A stretch of DNA of 64,000 bases, taken from Cetorhinus maximus (taxonomy: Eukaryota). The notes beneath the pieces are model-generated. The model saw only the letters and a program-made list of their open reading frames with translations. It made no database searches and was not told where the DNA came from. The translations under genes were made by a program, and so were the position numbers. The stretch covers positions 20,088,001 through 20,152,000 of the forward strand of contig NC_135901.1 of assembly GCF_964194155.1 (NCBI RefSeq), read 5' to 3'. This document shows, piece by piece, positions 40,380-55,699 of the stretch (position 1 is the stretch's first letter; each line of letters opens with the position of its first letter).

Positions 40380-40850
40380 AGTCAATGCCCGCTCTCCAAC
40401 ATGACCCTGTCAGATGGAGTTCAGGGGCTCAGAGGAAGAAAAGAAAATGAGGCGGTGAATCTGAGTTGGGAGAAACAAGGAGAGAAACAGGATTCAATGG
40501 AGAAACTGAGCCGGGGGCGAGCGCAGCCTCAGGAACAGCGAGTGCGGCTCTCAGAGGCCGAATGAGAGCGGCCGTGCCCGGCGGCCGTGCGGTGATCTCC
40601 CCGGGCTGGGGGACTGGGGGTCGGGGCTGCCCATTAAAGCGATGCTGCAGCGCCTCCCCCATCCTCGCCGCCGCTTCCCGGTTTCTTCTCCCGTTTCCAC
40701 CGAGTCCAACTCACAACAAAGGAACCGCCCAGAATGCCCCGCGGCTGGTCCTGGGGAGCATGCGCACTCTCAGCGCCTGGGGAAAGGAGCGAGTTGGATA
40801 GAGCGGTTTCTGGGACGCGGTGGATTGTGGGAACTGGGGCCGCCATTAGC
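40380..40850 (-). promoter_or_regulatory. CpG-island promoter / first exon P5 (likely drives G5)
   Basis: High CpG; Staf/ZNF143 consensus TTCCCACAATCCACCGCG at 40816-40833(-); NRF1-like GCATGCGCA at ~40758; donor GTGAGT at ~40713(-). Confidence 0.7.
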
Positions 40851-40964
40851 ATAAGAATCAAACAATGGTTCCAACAGAGGAGGACGACAATTGGCCCGTC
40901 TGATCTTCTAGCATCACTTAGTTGATCACACTCTCTCGCCTTTTCTCCATAACCCTGCAATTGA

Positions 40965-41770
40965 TTATTGATACAGGGTCTAGGTTAATATAAACTGAGA
41001 CAGGGTCTAGCGTAGGGATGACTGAGACAGGGCCCAAGTTAATCTCAACTGAGACAGGGTCCAGTGCAGTGATTACAAATCAGCAGGAGGAGTAAAATAA
41101 ACCAAGACCTGATCCAGTGCAGTAATGAAAAGGATGGTGCCTAATGGAATATTAAGCAAGACATGGTCTGACTCTAGTGCAATAATAACTAAGATATATT
41201 GTGATATGGCCCACTGTAATGTAACAGACAGAGGGCCCAAATTACAGTGGTACAGTCGACTGCAGTAGCTGCTTTGACAGGGCCTAGTGTAGTGCAAATA
41301 TTGGGCTGGTCTTATGTGGCAATAACTGAGCTATGCTCAAGGTAAGTTAAAAGCAAAACAGGGCCGAATGCATTATAAACAGAGACAGGGTCTAGTGCAG
41401 TAATCAGTACACCGGGTCTAGTGTACTATAAACCAGGACAGGGTCTAGTACAGTTCAAAATAATATTAAGAAATACTTGCATTTATATAGCTCATTTCAT
41501 GATCACCAAATGTGTCAAAACACTTTACACCTAATTAAGTACTTTCGAATTGTTAGTAATGTTACTAATACAGGGCCTCATGTAATACAGATAGATATAA
41601 TTAGAGACATGGTCAAATAACTGAGACAGGGTCTAATGAAACAGAAACAGAAACATGGTCTAGTTTGTAACTGAGACAGCATCAAGGGCACAAATAACAG
41701 GGTCATGTACAATATAAATAGAGACATGGTCAAGTCTGGTGATAATCAGAGAGGATCGACTGCAGTAATG
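40965..41770. repeat. Degenerate minisatellite, unit ~27-32 bp (AACTGAGACAGGGTCTAGTGCAGT-like)
   Basis: Recurrent ACAGGGTCTAG/ACATGGTC cores visible throughout. Confidence 0.8.
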
Positions 41771-42111
41771 TCTTGAATATAGCTTCAAAAAGATATCAAC
41801 ACCTATTCAGGCCCTAATCAGGCTTCAGGTGATTGATAGTTGACTGTCACACAGTCAGGTAAGTCAGCTACCTGAGCAACCTTTTAACTAGACTACTGAA
41901 CTCAGAGAAATTAAAGAGAAATACTTACCAGTTCAATTCCCACTGTGCAGCAAATTGCCAAGACCCACACTCACTCTGGCTGTGTCTCACTCAGGATGAG
42001 GTCTCTCCCCTGCTCGTGTGCTTCTAATAGTCCCTTTCTGAAATAGAGCTGAGGTGAGCTGAGATGACTCACACTAGTTAAGCTTCAAATAGTAATCAAC
42101 ACCTAATCAGG

Positions 42112-43198
42112 CAAGGTTTGATCAGGGACAGTCAGCATGGCTTTGTCAGAGGGAAGTCATGCCTAAAAAATTTGATTGAACTTATTGAGGAGATGACCAG
42201 ATGTGTAGATGAGGGTAGTGCAGTTTATGTCGTTTATATAGATTTCAGTAAAGCCTATGACAAGGCCCCACATGGGAGACTTATAAAGAAGGCAAATGCA
42301 CATCGGATACAGGGTAATTTGATAAGGTGGTTTCAGAATTGGCTTAGTTGTAGGAGACAGAGGATGATGACAGAAGGTTGCTTTCGTGACTGGAAGCCAG
42401 TGTCGTACCACAGGGATCTGTGCTGGGTCCCCTATTATTCGTCATTTATAGAAATGACATAGATGACTATGTGGGGGGTAGGATTAGTAAGTTTATGGAT
42501 GACACAAAGATGGGCCGGGTGATTAACAGTGAGGTTGAGTGTCTTGGGCTACAGGAAGATATAGACGGGATGGGCAGATAAGTAGCAGATGGAATTTAAC
42601 CCTGAAAAGTGTGAGGTGATACACTTTGGAAGGAGTAATTTAACAAGGAGGCCACAGGTGGAGTACTGTGTGCAGTTCTGGTCACCATATTATGCAAAGG
42701 ATGTGATTGCACTGGAGGGGATGCAGAGGAGATTCACCAGGATGTTGCCTGGGATGAAACATTTAAGTTATGAAGAGAGGTTGGATAGACTTGGGTTGTT
42801 TTCGTTGGAACAGAGAAGACTGAGAGGCAACCTGATCGAGGTGTACAAGATTATGAGGGGCATGGACAGGGTGGATAGGGAGCATCTGTTCCCCTTAGTT
42901 GAAGGGTCAGTCACAAGGGGGCATAAGTTCAAGGTGAGGGGCAGAAGGTTTAGGGGGAATGTAAAAGCTTTTTTACCCAGAGGGTGGTGACGGTCTGGAA
43001 TGCACTGCCTGGGAGGGTGGCGGAGGTGGGTTGGCTCGCATCCTTTAAAAAGTACCTGCATGAGCACTTGGTACATCATAACATTCAAGGCTATGGGCCA
43101 AGTGCTGGTAAATGGGATTAGGTAGGTAGGTCAGGTGTTTCTCATGTGTCGGTGCAGAGTCGATGGGCTGTAGGGCCTCTTTGCACTGTGATTCTGAT
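42112..43198 (+). mobile_element. Young CR1 LINE 3' part with an internal deletion
   Basis: IRDSQHGFVRGKSCL, EFNPEKCEVIHFG; highly similar to 53540-54675; GATTCT-type tail. Confidence 0.9.
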
Positions 43199-43887
43199 TT
43201 ATATGTATTTCAGTAATCATCCTCGTAAATCTTCTCTGCTCCCTCTCCAGTGTCTCTCCTTTTTTATAAAATGGTGACCAGATTGCACTCTTTATTCTCA
43301 GTGTGGTCTAACCAAGGTTCCTGACAGCTTTAGCAGAACCTCCCAACTTTCCGATTCCATTTCTTGCAAAATAAAACCTAGTACTTGGTTTTCTCTTTTT
43401 ATGGCCTTGCTCTGATTGCTGTATTTATACTCGGAGATCTCTTTGTTCCTCTACCCCACCCAGACTCAGACCTTCCAAGTAATAAGTGACCTGCTTATAC
43501 TTCTGACCAAAATCTGCTACCTCACATTTATCTGTGTTCAATTTCATTTGCCCCATTCTCCCCACCTCTGATCTAACAAGCTGCAGCTACACTGGAGATA
43601 TTTATATTTAACTTGTTCACTACATTCGTGATGACTCTGCTCAAACCGTAACCACAAGGATATCAGTGCATTGCTCTGAGTGTGAGCACAAGGCTGTGTC
43701 ACTATCACTCACAAATACCGTTTCCTTGGTTCACATCGCCATACAAAGACCAGCTCTTTATACATCCCCTTTCTACACAATTGCAGCAGGATGTGAGGCT
43801 CATTAATATTCACCAACATTTCATAACAGCAAAGGTTTCACTGGGACAAAGGTTCAAGCATTTTCCATTACAGGCAAAACACAGAGA

Positions 43888-44355
43888 AAAGAAAGACTTG
43901 CATTTATATAGCACCTTTCACCACCTCAGGGTGTCCCAAAGTGCTTTTCATCAGGGAAATCCTTTTGAAGTACAGTTACTGTTGTAATTTAGGAAACACA
44001 TCACAATCAATTTGCGCACAGCAAGCTCCCACACACAGCAACATGATAATGACCAGATCATCTGTGTTTGTCACATTGGCTGAGGGATGAATATTGGCTG
44101 GGGCATTAGGAATAACTCCCCTGCTCTTCTTCAAAACAAAGGCCTGTGGATCTTTTACATCCACCTGAGCAGCCAGGTGAGGGCCTTGGTGTAATATTCT
44201 CAGTTGAAAGACAGCATCTCTGACAGTGAGGCACTCCCTCAGTATTGCACTGGAAAGTCAACCTCAGTTTTTGTGCTGAGTGGCTGAAGTGGAACTTGAC
44301 CCCACAACCTTCTGCTTGAGAGATGAGAGTGTTACCCACTGAGCCACGGCTGACC
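43888..44355 (-). mobile_element. DeuSINE (SacSINE1/AmnSINE1-like) tRNA-derived SINE
   Basis: A box TGGCTCAGTGG; Deu-like core CAATACTGAGGGAGTGC..TGTCTTTC..TAAAAGATCC..GAAGAGCAGGGG; L2-type tail AAAGGTGCTATATAAATGCAAG. Family name from recall of consensus sequences. Confidence 0.75.
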
Positions 44356-44683
44356 CAGCGATACAGCCGTAAACTGGCACCTTAACATTGTCTCATCAGC
44401 CACAGTGTTTCATTAAATACACTTACTGAGTGGATTTCAATTTAAGCCAGGTTTGCAGACGTGATGCTCCATTCACACATCGAAGGTGAGAGAGATGCTG
44501 TGGGATACACACCAAGTTCAGGAGCTGAAATTGATTAGCAGGTTGAGTTTTGTGTTTAGTGATCCTGAGTGTCTTACAGATGCCTTCCCTGGATCCCAAG
44601 GCTAAGAAAGACACTCTGGAAGGTATGGGGAGCTGGGACTTTTCCATGAGAGTAACAGAAGGTAGGAGAACTGAAATACTCTA

Positions 44684-46490
<1,807 letters not shown>

Positions 46491-46959
46491 AATAAGTTTA
46501 CAAAGAATTAAATGGAACATCCATTACACAAACAGGCCATTCGGTCTATCTGGTCTGTCTTGGAGTTTCTACTCCACAGGAGTCTCCTCCCATTCTGCCG
46601 ACATCATCTCAGCCTTTCAGCTTATCTTTCTAATCCCTTTCTTCTCTTGTTCTCATCTAGTTTACTATTGAAAGCATCTAAGAGATTTGTCTCAACCACT
46701 TCCTGTAGTAGCGAGTTCCACAGTCTAACAACTGAGGAAAGAAATATCTCCCGTTTTCCTCTTGGATTTATTAGTTTCAAGAAGTGTAAACATTCTGTCC
46801 ACATCTATCTGTCCAACCCAATCAGAGTTTTAAAGACCTATATCAGAGGAGACAAATATGTTCTTGACTTGAGTTTGCTGTGTGTAAATCCTCCCTTTCT
46901 AATTCCCTGTAAAAGGAGTTTCCAAAATCCATCCCCTCCAGGGTAGAAATGCACAATAT

Positions 46960-47275
46960 TCTCTCCTCCTGTTGACAGGGGCCAGGATGACTGTACATGC
47001 GCCTTGTTGCACTTTGACCCTGTCAGGATGGCGGCCTGTGACTGAGAACCGCGGCCCGCAGCTGCTGCCCCGTTCGCAGAGAACTCGGGAGCTCTAGCTC
47101 CTTATTCAGGCGTTGAGGCCGCCAGTGAGTATTTATGAAGCCTCCCCACCCACCCTGCCGCCTCCAATCCTCCCCATCCACCGGCTTCATTTACTCGCCC
47201 TACTCGACATTTCTGTACAGCTTCGATCAGCTCCTGGTGTGGCCTCTACTGCGCATGCTCTACTCAGCGCCCTTT
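46960..47275 (-). promoter_or_regulatory. CpG-island promoter P6 (upstream of G6)
   Basis: CAGGATGGCGGC at 47024-47035, TGCGCATGC at ~47250; adjacent acceptor cassette at 46850-46975. Confidence 0.6.
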
Positions 47276-47452
47276 GTCATTCATGAAATATGTGAAAGGT
47301 CTCTCTGTACTGTGACTGTGTTGCTGTGTCAGTAAATGGGATGACCAACTGAATCCCTTTCCACTTTCAGCTGGTGATGATATTTTCATGCTGTGATTTT
47401 ACCCATCACTTTACGCTCAGATGGGAATCTCAAACCCTCCCTGAAATGATAA

Positions 47453-48310
47453 AGCAAAATACTGCAGATGCTGTAAATCTGCAACAAAAACAAAAAATGC
47501 TGGAAAAACTCAGCAAATCTAGCAGCATCTGTGGAGAGAGAAACAGAGTTAACTTTTTGAGCTCGTATGACACTTCTTCAGAGCTGACGAGAAGTGGAAA
47601 TGTGATGAAATTTATACTGTTAAAGGAGGTGGGGCAGATGGAGCCCTTCCCCTCTGTCAGCATTCCATAGGGACCGTTCCCTCCAGGACATCCTAGTCCA
47701 CTCCTCCATCATCCCCAAAACCTTATCCCCTTCCCATGGCACCTTCCCATGCAATCACAGAAGGTGCAACAACTGCCCCTTTACCTCCTCCCTACTCACC
47801 GTCCAAGGGCCCAAACACTCCTTTTAAATGAAGCAGCGCTTCACTTGCACCACCTTCAATTTCGTCTACTGCATCTGCTGTTCCCAATGTGGTCTCCTCT
47901 ACATCAGGGAGACCAAGCACAGATTGGGTGACCGCTTTGCAGAACACCTGTGGTCTGTCCACAAGCATGAACCAGAACTTCCGGTTGCTTGCCATTTCAA
48001 CACCCCATCCTGCTCTCATTCCCACATCTCTGTCCTTGGCCTGCTGCAATGTTCCAGTGAAGCCCAACGCGAACTGGAGGAACAGCACCTCATCTTCCGA
48101 TTAGGCACTTTACAGCCTTCTGTACTTAACATTGAGTTCAACAACTTCAGACCTCCATTCTCACCCTTTTTTCTAATCCCCTTTTCTCTACATTCAGTTT
48201 TTTCCACATTTTTATTTTCATTTTAATTCATTTATCCATTGTTTTATCCCCTTTTTTTAATCAACCCTTCTATCCAATTTTCTATCCTTTTTTCCAGTAT
48301 TTTCTGCTTT
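47453..48310 (+). mobile_element. Penelope-like element (GIY-YIG) with an inverted terminal fragment
   Basis: ORF 47828-48226 FVYCICCSQCGLLYIRETKHRLGDRFAEH; inverted 3'-end copy at 47453-47640. Confidence 0.88.
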
Positions 48311-49629
48311 CCTGCAATGAGTTCCTCATTCTCAGCCCTCTCCAGTTAAGGAAAAGCAAAAGCAAAATCTTGCCTATGTTGGAAATCAGAAATAAAAGCA
48401 GAAAATGCTGGAATTTTCAGCAGATCTGCTTGCGTCTGCGGAGAAAGAGACATAGTTTACATTTCAAGTCTGTGACCGTTCATCAGAACCACACTGTCCC
48501 TGTGCATCACTTTGTTCTTCAATCCACTGAAACTGCCAGTGAAAACTGCCCTCGACTTCACTGGAAGTGCAAGGGACAAGTTTGTAGGTGTAGCCTAATA
48601 TACAACGTATGATGACATTTTTAAAAAGAGCCCAAGTACCAATAGATATTTACATTAATTAACCAAACCCCTTAACCCTGAAGTCTGCTTAAATAATTCA
48701 CCCCTTTAACAAAGACTGGACAATACAGCTCACACACACTCTGTCTCCAGATTTCTGGCTAAACGAGCTCCCCTGCCATTTTATAGATCTCTCTCTCTCT
48801 TTCTCTCTCTCTCTCTTCTATTCTGATCATATTGAACAAACACGGACCAGCCTTTGAACTGTCATTTCTTGAGGTGTCCTGGCAATTTCTAAAGTCCAGA
48901 ATTTTAATAACCTTACTCTAACAATTTTAACCTTCCCCAAAGTAAAAATTACCTCTAAAATATTGATATGAACCATGAACAAGATGGTTATGAAAATATT
49001 TCTATGCTTTCATTGTTTCAGTGCTTCAAAATGGTGATTATTTTCTTCTGTGACTGTGTGTGTTTGTTCAATTAAATGATTGTAAAAGGTAACGGTGGAG
49101 AAAGATTGAGAGTTTTCAGTGTATGAAAGAAGTGAAATGGATCAACAAAGAAGGAACACATTTCCAACCAGAGTAGAAATAGATGACAGATACAGAATGG
49201 CTCTCCCACCTTTAGTTTCTTCACTAGTTCCATTACTCTCACTTTTGCCTTGCATCATCATCCTTTTGTTATTTAATCTCGCCTGCCTTACAACCGATCA
49301 CAAACCTTCTCTTCAGTTATTTACCCCTCCCCCTTTCTCTGACTGTGCATTTGTTTAAAACATCTATTGTGTGTCTTTTTTTTCCAGTTCTGATGGAAGT
49401 TCAGTGTCTTGAACCATTAACTGTTTCTCTCTCCACAGACTCAGTCTGACCTGCTCAGTATTCCCAGCATTTCCTTTTTGTGAATTGGAGTGAGAGATGA
49501 ATGGTCAGCTCCCCTTGGTCGGGGATGCTTGACACTAATTTCCATAGTGCAGTGGGCAGAATGTTTGCTTTACACGTGAAATCCCTGCTTAGAGCCAACG
49601 TGGAAACTTTGTGTTTCAATTGCTAAGGG

Positions 49630-50000
49630 CAAATGATCAGGTCACTGGGCTAATAATCCAGAAGTGCAAACACAGGTTCAAATCCCACCTTGGCAGTGGG
49701 TGGAATTTAAATTCAATTCATCAATAAGTCTGAAATTGAAAACTGGTCTCAGTAACTGTGACCATGAAGCTATCGTTGATTGTCATAAAAACACACCTGG
49801 TTCTCTAATTTCCTTTAGGGGATGAAATCTCCTGTCCTTACCTGGTCTGACCTACACGTGACTCCTGGCCCACGGTGATGTAGTTGACTTTTAACTGCCT
49901 TCTAAAATGGCCAATCAAGCCACTAAGTTCAATGGAAATTAGGCTTTGGTCATAACTGGTTTTGACAATGACCCCACATCCTATCAAGGTATATAAAAAA
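49630..50000 (+). mobile_element. tRNA-derived SINE, same family as 20512-20867
   Basis: B box GGTTCAAATCC at ~49675 and the shared core GTGACCATGAA..GGTTC.CTAAT..CTTTAGGG. Confidence 0.75.
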
Positions 50001-51158
50001 AAGATCAATTAACATTTTGTTCCATTTGTTTTCGAACAGGGTGACAATAACTGTTGCCTCATTCTTTAATAGCTCCTTCTTTAAACAGGTCACGTTAAGT
50101 GAGAGAAAACTGATCCACAGTCACCCAAAAACAAAATACTGCAGAGGCTGCAAATTTGAACTCAAACCAGATATTGTTGGAAACACTCAGCAGTCAAACA
50201 GCCTCTATGGAGAGGGCAACAGCATCAATGCTTAAGGTTAGTGAACCTTTATCAAAAGTTGAAGAACTTAGAGATTTAACAGTTCATAAACAAGTACAGA
50301 GTCAGGAAAAAGAGGTGAAGAGGAGGAATGAACATTGTTGATGGAAGGCAGGAGTAATTAAATGACAAAGAGGAGGATAATGCAAGACAAAATTTTGTGA
50401 TGAGACAATAAGCTAATGACACAAGTGAACAAATAGAAGACAGGCCCAGAGTAGGCATAAATATAATAGCAGGCAACCATTACCGGCACCTACTGCCTGA
50501 AATAATGGGAGTGGTGATTATGATCAGTGCAGGAGGCTGAGTACATAGAGGTCAGACCGGGCTTGGGGCAGAGAATTAAAATAGCAAATGACCAGATGCT
50601 CAGGAATATATTTGAAGATTGAATGGTGATGTTCCACAAAGCAGTTGCCCAATCTTGATTTAGTCACCTTAGTGTGGAGGGGATCACATCATAATCAGTG
50701 AATACATGTTCCTAAATTGAAAGAAGTACAAGTAATTTGCTGTATCACTTGGAATGTGTATTTGGGGCCCCAGAACCGAGGAGGTGAAAGGGTGGTTGCT
50801 GCATCTGCATTGGAATGCACTGGAATAATGCCAAAACTGCAAGGTTATACCTATCAAGAAAGATTGAACAAGCTGGAGATGTTTTCTCTAGTAAAGAGAG
50901 TGAGAGATGACCTGATCGAGCTTTTCAGATTATAAAAGGCGCTGACAGGGCAGACAAGTGGAAGATGTTTCCAGTTGCAAATGGATGAGAATGGAGAGAT
51001 GGATAAGTTCATCATCAATAAAACGAATGTGCAATTTGGGAGAAACGTCTTCAACAGGAGATAAAAACAGAAAATGCTTCAAATCCTCACCATGTCTGAC
51101 AGCATCTGTGGATTGGGAAACATAATGAACATTTCAGCTCTGAGCACTGACACAGTGC

Positions 51159-51195
51159 AGTTCTGATGAAAGGTTGCAGACCTGAAATGTAAATT
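51159..51195 (+). ncRNA. Minimal type I hammerhead-ribozyme-like motif (Penelope-associated)
   Basis: AGTT-CTGATGA-A-AGGT-TGCAG-ACCT-GAAA-T-GTA-AATT: intact CUGAUGA and GAAA boxes, 4-bp stem II, GUA triplet. Confidence 0.6.
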
Positions 51196-51354
51196 ATATT
51201 TCCCCTCTGCAGATGTTATCAGATCTGCAGAAAATTCCAGAACTGCCTGTTTTAATTTCCGATTTACAACATCTGCAGTATTTTTTACTGAGAACATGTT
51301 GAGAATCTGGAATTCATCACCAGAAGAGGTTGAGTTCCTCGTCTGAGCAGGAAA

Positions 51355-51720
51355 CTGATGGGTCAATTCACACCCATGAATGGATTGTTCACTAGGTGAA
51401 CGTGGAAATGGATTCACTCAGTTATTCCATTTGCTGACATAGCAACACAGTCACTCCGGAGAGAGACCACTCAGATGCTCCAAGCAGTCAATGGGATTTA
51501 TTCAGTTTGCCCGCCTGTTCACACCCCAGCTTTAAAAATTCAAAGGATTTTATCCACAATGGGTGCACTTACAGGCAAGACATGGTTTAAATATTCCATG
51601 TATGGGGAAGAAAAATCACTTGTTCATCCCCCAGCTGCTGAGGCTCCAGTGAGTTCACATTTAACTGTCATGGTTTGTTCTGTTGTTAATTACACCCAGA
51701 ATACAATTATGGTGGAGGGC
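51355..51720 (+). pseudogene. Heavily decayed ZNF remnant
   Basis: GGAAATGGATTCACTCAG..GGAGAGAGACCA and a GAGTTCAC..TGTTAATTACACCCAG 3'-end signature; related fragment at ~47290-47365(-). Confidence 0.55.
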
Positions 51721-51819
51721 CAATTTGTTTGCTGTATCAATTAATTTAATAGTTTTGTAGGTTGGGCCCATGGCTCCATTGTAATCCGATCACAAATCAT
51801 AATTTTCTATTCAACAATG

Positions 51820-52240
51820 TCATGTTTCAATGGTGCGGGTCTTACCCAGCATCCACGACGATACAGAATGTGCCCCATACTCACTATAGGAAACCCTGGC
51901 GCAAACGCAGTGGTGGGTTGTGAATGGCGCATGCACATTGTTCCGACTAGCGCATGCGCAATTCAGGTGCTGGAGCGACAGTGAGGCGGTCATCTCAACT
52001 CCGCAACCGGTGAACAACAGCTGATTATAGGACGGTAATGGAAGCGGCGGAATGGGTGGGGGAGCCTCATAAACACCGAGTGGAGGCCTGGGAACAAAAG
52101 TAAGAATGTACCAGTCTCGCATTTAGTCCAAGCGGGGCAGCAGCCGCAGAACTGATCCTGATGACAGGTCCGAGTTAACAGCCGCCATCTTGATCGGGGT
52201 CAATGTGCATCATGGCGCATGCGCGAACATCCCTGTCCCT
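51820..52240 (+). promoter_or_regulatory. CpG-island promoter P7
   Basis: Staf-like site at 51842-51860; NRF1 at ~51950 and ~52215; YY1 GCCGCCATCTTG at 52181-52192. Confidence 0.7.
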
Positions 52241-52499
52241 GTCAGCAGCAGGAGAGAATGCTGTGCATTTCTATCCTGGACTGACAGGGATGGATTTTGG
52301 AAACTCCTTTTACAGGGGGTTAGAAGGGGAGGATTTACTTTTAGGTGGTGGAGGTTGAGGATTTGTAAGATTTCGTCAAAGTTGTGATCAGGTTGAAGAT
52401 ACATAAAACCTCCGCCCCTTCTGCTCCCCCTCTTTCTGTCTCCCTCCTTCCATGGAGGCCAGGGTCTTGTAGGTCCAGACTGACCAGCAGGTTATCCTA

Positions 52500-52672
52500 A
52501 CCTGAATATCATAGAAATGTGAACATGGAAGGAAAAAGCAGTATTTACAACAGGGAGAAACCGTACACATGTGCTGTGTGTGGATGAGAATTTAGCCAAT
52601 CATCTAGCCTGTTGAGAAACAAGCATATTCATACCAGGGAGAAACTGTCTCAGTGTGGTGACTGTGGGAAAC
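52500..52672 (+). pseudogene. Truncated ZNF start (MEGKSS.., about 1.3 fingers, with a stop)
   Basis: Homologous to the G1/G2 N-terminus; TGA in finger 1; ends abruptly. Confidence 0.65.
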
Positions 52673-52966
52673 ATCTGGCTTAGTTGTATGGATGTAAAAT
52701 CCTTCTCCTTCACCACTTCCTTTCCCTCTTTCTCTCAATCTTCCCAGAGAGGCCAGAGTCATGTGTAGAGTGACTCGGTGGCAGGTTCCCTTCCCTGAAG
52801 GACATTAGTGAACCAGTTGGGTTTTTACGACAATCCAACAGTTTTCATGGTCACTTTTTCCAAGTGCTGGCCCCACAAATTACCAGATTCATTCAGCTCA
52901 ATTTCGCAACCTGCCTTTGTGGATTCTCTCGCACTCCTTTTTTTCTGTTTTAAATCAATTTTACAG

Positions 52967-55475
52967 GATATTGGAAGGGTAGGACTTGCAGTCACAAAAC
53001 TCAAACTGAATATCACATTAGGACCTGATGCAGTCGCCCAATTTATTGCAACCTGAATATCATTAGATTTTGAACACGGATGGAAGGACCAAGGGGGCAA
53101 TCTATGGGTGGAGCCAGAGGACATCGGTAGAGTGTTGAACGAATATTTCACATCTGTCTTCACTCCAGAGAATGAGCATGAAGGAATAAAACTCAGAGAG
53201 AGAGATTGCGAGGTTCTTGAGCAAATTGACATAGGGAATGACAAAGTATTGGAGGTGTTGGCCGGCTTAAAATTGGACAAATCTCCAGGTTCAGATGATT
53301 TGTGTCCCAGATTGCTGAGGGAGGCAAGGGAAGAGATTGCAGGGGCTCTGACCCAAATTTTTAATTTCTCTCTGGCCACTGGGGAGGTGCCAGAGGACTG
53401 GAGAACAGATAATGTGGTTCTGCTATTTAAGAAGGGTTGTAGAGATAAACCAGGGAACTACAGACCAGTGAGTCTCACGTGGTAGGGAAACTATTGGAGA
53501 AAATTCTGAAAGAGAGAATCTATCTCCACTTGTAGAGGCAAGGTTTGATCAGGGATAGTCAGCATAGCTTTGTCAGAGGGAGGTCATGCTGAACAAATTT
53601 GAATGAATTTTTTGAGGAGGTGACCAGGTGTGTAGATGAGGGTAGTGAAGTTGATGTAGTTTATATGGATTTCAGCAAAGCCTTTGACAAGGTCCCACAT
53701 AGGAGGCTTATAAAGAAGGCAAATGCATATGGGATACAGGGTAAGTTGATAAGGTGGATTCAAAATTGGCTTAGTTGTTGGAGACAGAGGGTGATGACAG
53801 AAAGCTGCTTTAGTGACTGGAAGCCAGTGTCCAGTGATGTACCACAGGGATCTGTGCTGGGTCCCCTATTATTTGTCATTTATATAAACGACATAGATGA
53901 CTATGTGGGGGGTAGGATTAGTAAGTTTGCAGATGACACAAAGATTGGCCGGGCGGTTAACAGTGAGGTTGAGTGTCTTGGGCTACAGGAAGATATAGAC
54001 GGGATGGTCAAATGGGCAGATAAGTAGCAGTTGGAATTTAACCCTGAAAAGTGTGAGGTGATACACTTTGGAAGGAGTAATTTGACAAGGAAGTACTCAA
54101 TGAATGGCATGACACTATGAAGTTCTGAGGAACAAAGGGACCTTGGCGTGTGTGTCCTTAGATCTCTGAAGGTGGAGGGGCATGTTAGTGGGGTGGTGAA
54201 AAAGGCATATGGGACGCTTGCCTTTATCAATCGAGGCATAGATTACAAAAGTAGGGAGGTCATGTTGGAGTTGTATAGAACCTTGGTGAGGCTACAGCTG
54301 GAGTACTGTGTGCAGTTCTGGTCGCCACATTATAGGAAGGATGTGATTGCAGTGGAGGGGGTGCAGAGGAGATTCACCAGGATGTTGCCTGGGATGAAAC
54401 ATTTAAGTTATAACGAGAGGTTGGATAGACTTGGGTTGTTTTCATTGGAGCAGAGAAGGCTGAGGGGCGACCTGATCGAGGTGTACAAGATTATGAGGCG
54501 GGTTGCCTCACATCCTTTTAAAAAGTACCTGGATGAGCACTTGGCACATCATAACATTCAAGGCTATGGGCCAAGTGGTGGTAAAAGGGGTTAGGTAGGT
54601 AGGTCAGGTGTTTCTCATGTGTTGGTGCATGCTCGATGGGCCGAAGGGCCTCTTCTGCAGTGTGTGATTCTGTGAGAAAGCACCGTTCACAGTTAAGAGG
54701 ACCCGTACATGTCTTCTGTGTGTGGACGAGGCTTCAGCCAATCATCTGACCTCTTGAACCACAAGTGCAGTCACAACGGGGAGAAGCCTTGGAAACGTGG
54801 GGACTGTGGGAAGGGATTCAATTATCCAGTTGAAACTCATCAGCACAGCCACACCAGGGAGAGGCCATTCACCTGCTCTGAGTGTGCAAAGGGATTCACT
54901 CTGTCATGCAACCTGTTGGATCACCAGTGAGTTCACAGTGACAAGAGACCTTTTAAATGCCCAGACTGCGGGAAGTGGTACAAAAGTTCTGGGGAACGAA
55001 TATGCCATCAACGTGTTCACTCTGATGAGAGACTGTTCAGGTGCTCTCACTGTGAAACAGGGTTCAAGCAATTGTCTGTACACCAGCAAGTTTACACTGG
55101 AAAGAGGCCGTTCACCTACACGGAGCAGAGAAGGCTGAGGGGTGACCTGATCAAGGTGTACAAGATTATGAGGGGCATGGACAGGATAGATAGAGAGCAG
55201 CTTTTCCCCTTAGTTGAAGGGTCAGTCACTAGGGGACATAAGTTCAAGGTGAGGGGCAGGAGGTTTAGGGAGGATGTGAGGAAAAACTTTTTTACCCAGA
55301 GGGTGGTGACGGTCTGAAATGTGCTGCCTGGGAGGGTGATGGAGGTGGGTTGCCTCACATCCTTTAAAAAGTACCTGGATGAGCACTTGGCATGTCATAA
55401 CATTCAAGGCTTTGGATTGTGGGAAGAAATCCACTCAGTCATCCAACCTGCTGAGACACCAGCGAGTTCACAAGT
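52967..55475 (+). pseudogene. C2H2 ZNF pseudogene G7 disrupted by two CR1 insertions
   Basis: Leader 52967-53087; fingers at 54676-55120 and 55415-55475; stop TGA at ~54928. Confidence 0.85.
53087..54675 (+). mobile_element. Young 5'-truncated CR1 LINE inserted at the G7 start codon region
   Basis: Long RT ORFs ([29 protein letters not shown]); internal deletion at ~54498. Confidence 0.93.
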
Positions 55476-55699
55476 AATTATTCTGATTAGATTTTGCCAT
55501 TAATCCATTTGTCCATTGGTGTCTGTTTCTGATGTTAATGGAATCCAGCCCAGTTACAGTGATTAATATTCTGGGCAAAAGTCAAACCAGCTTTGTGTTA
55601 AACACAGTGTGTTGGATCTTTTTAATATCTCTAATTCATGTTAGTTTCTTTTGAAGGGCCCGCCCTCTCTCCGTCTGCCTCATCCTCACCTTCAAAATG

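Noticed and set aside
40965-41770. CRISPR-like array
   Set aside because: Repeats are degenerate and contiguous with no unique spacers, there are no cas genes, and the context is eukaryotic.
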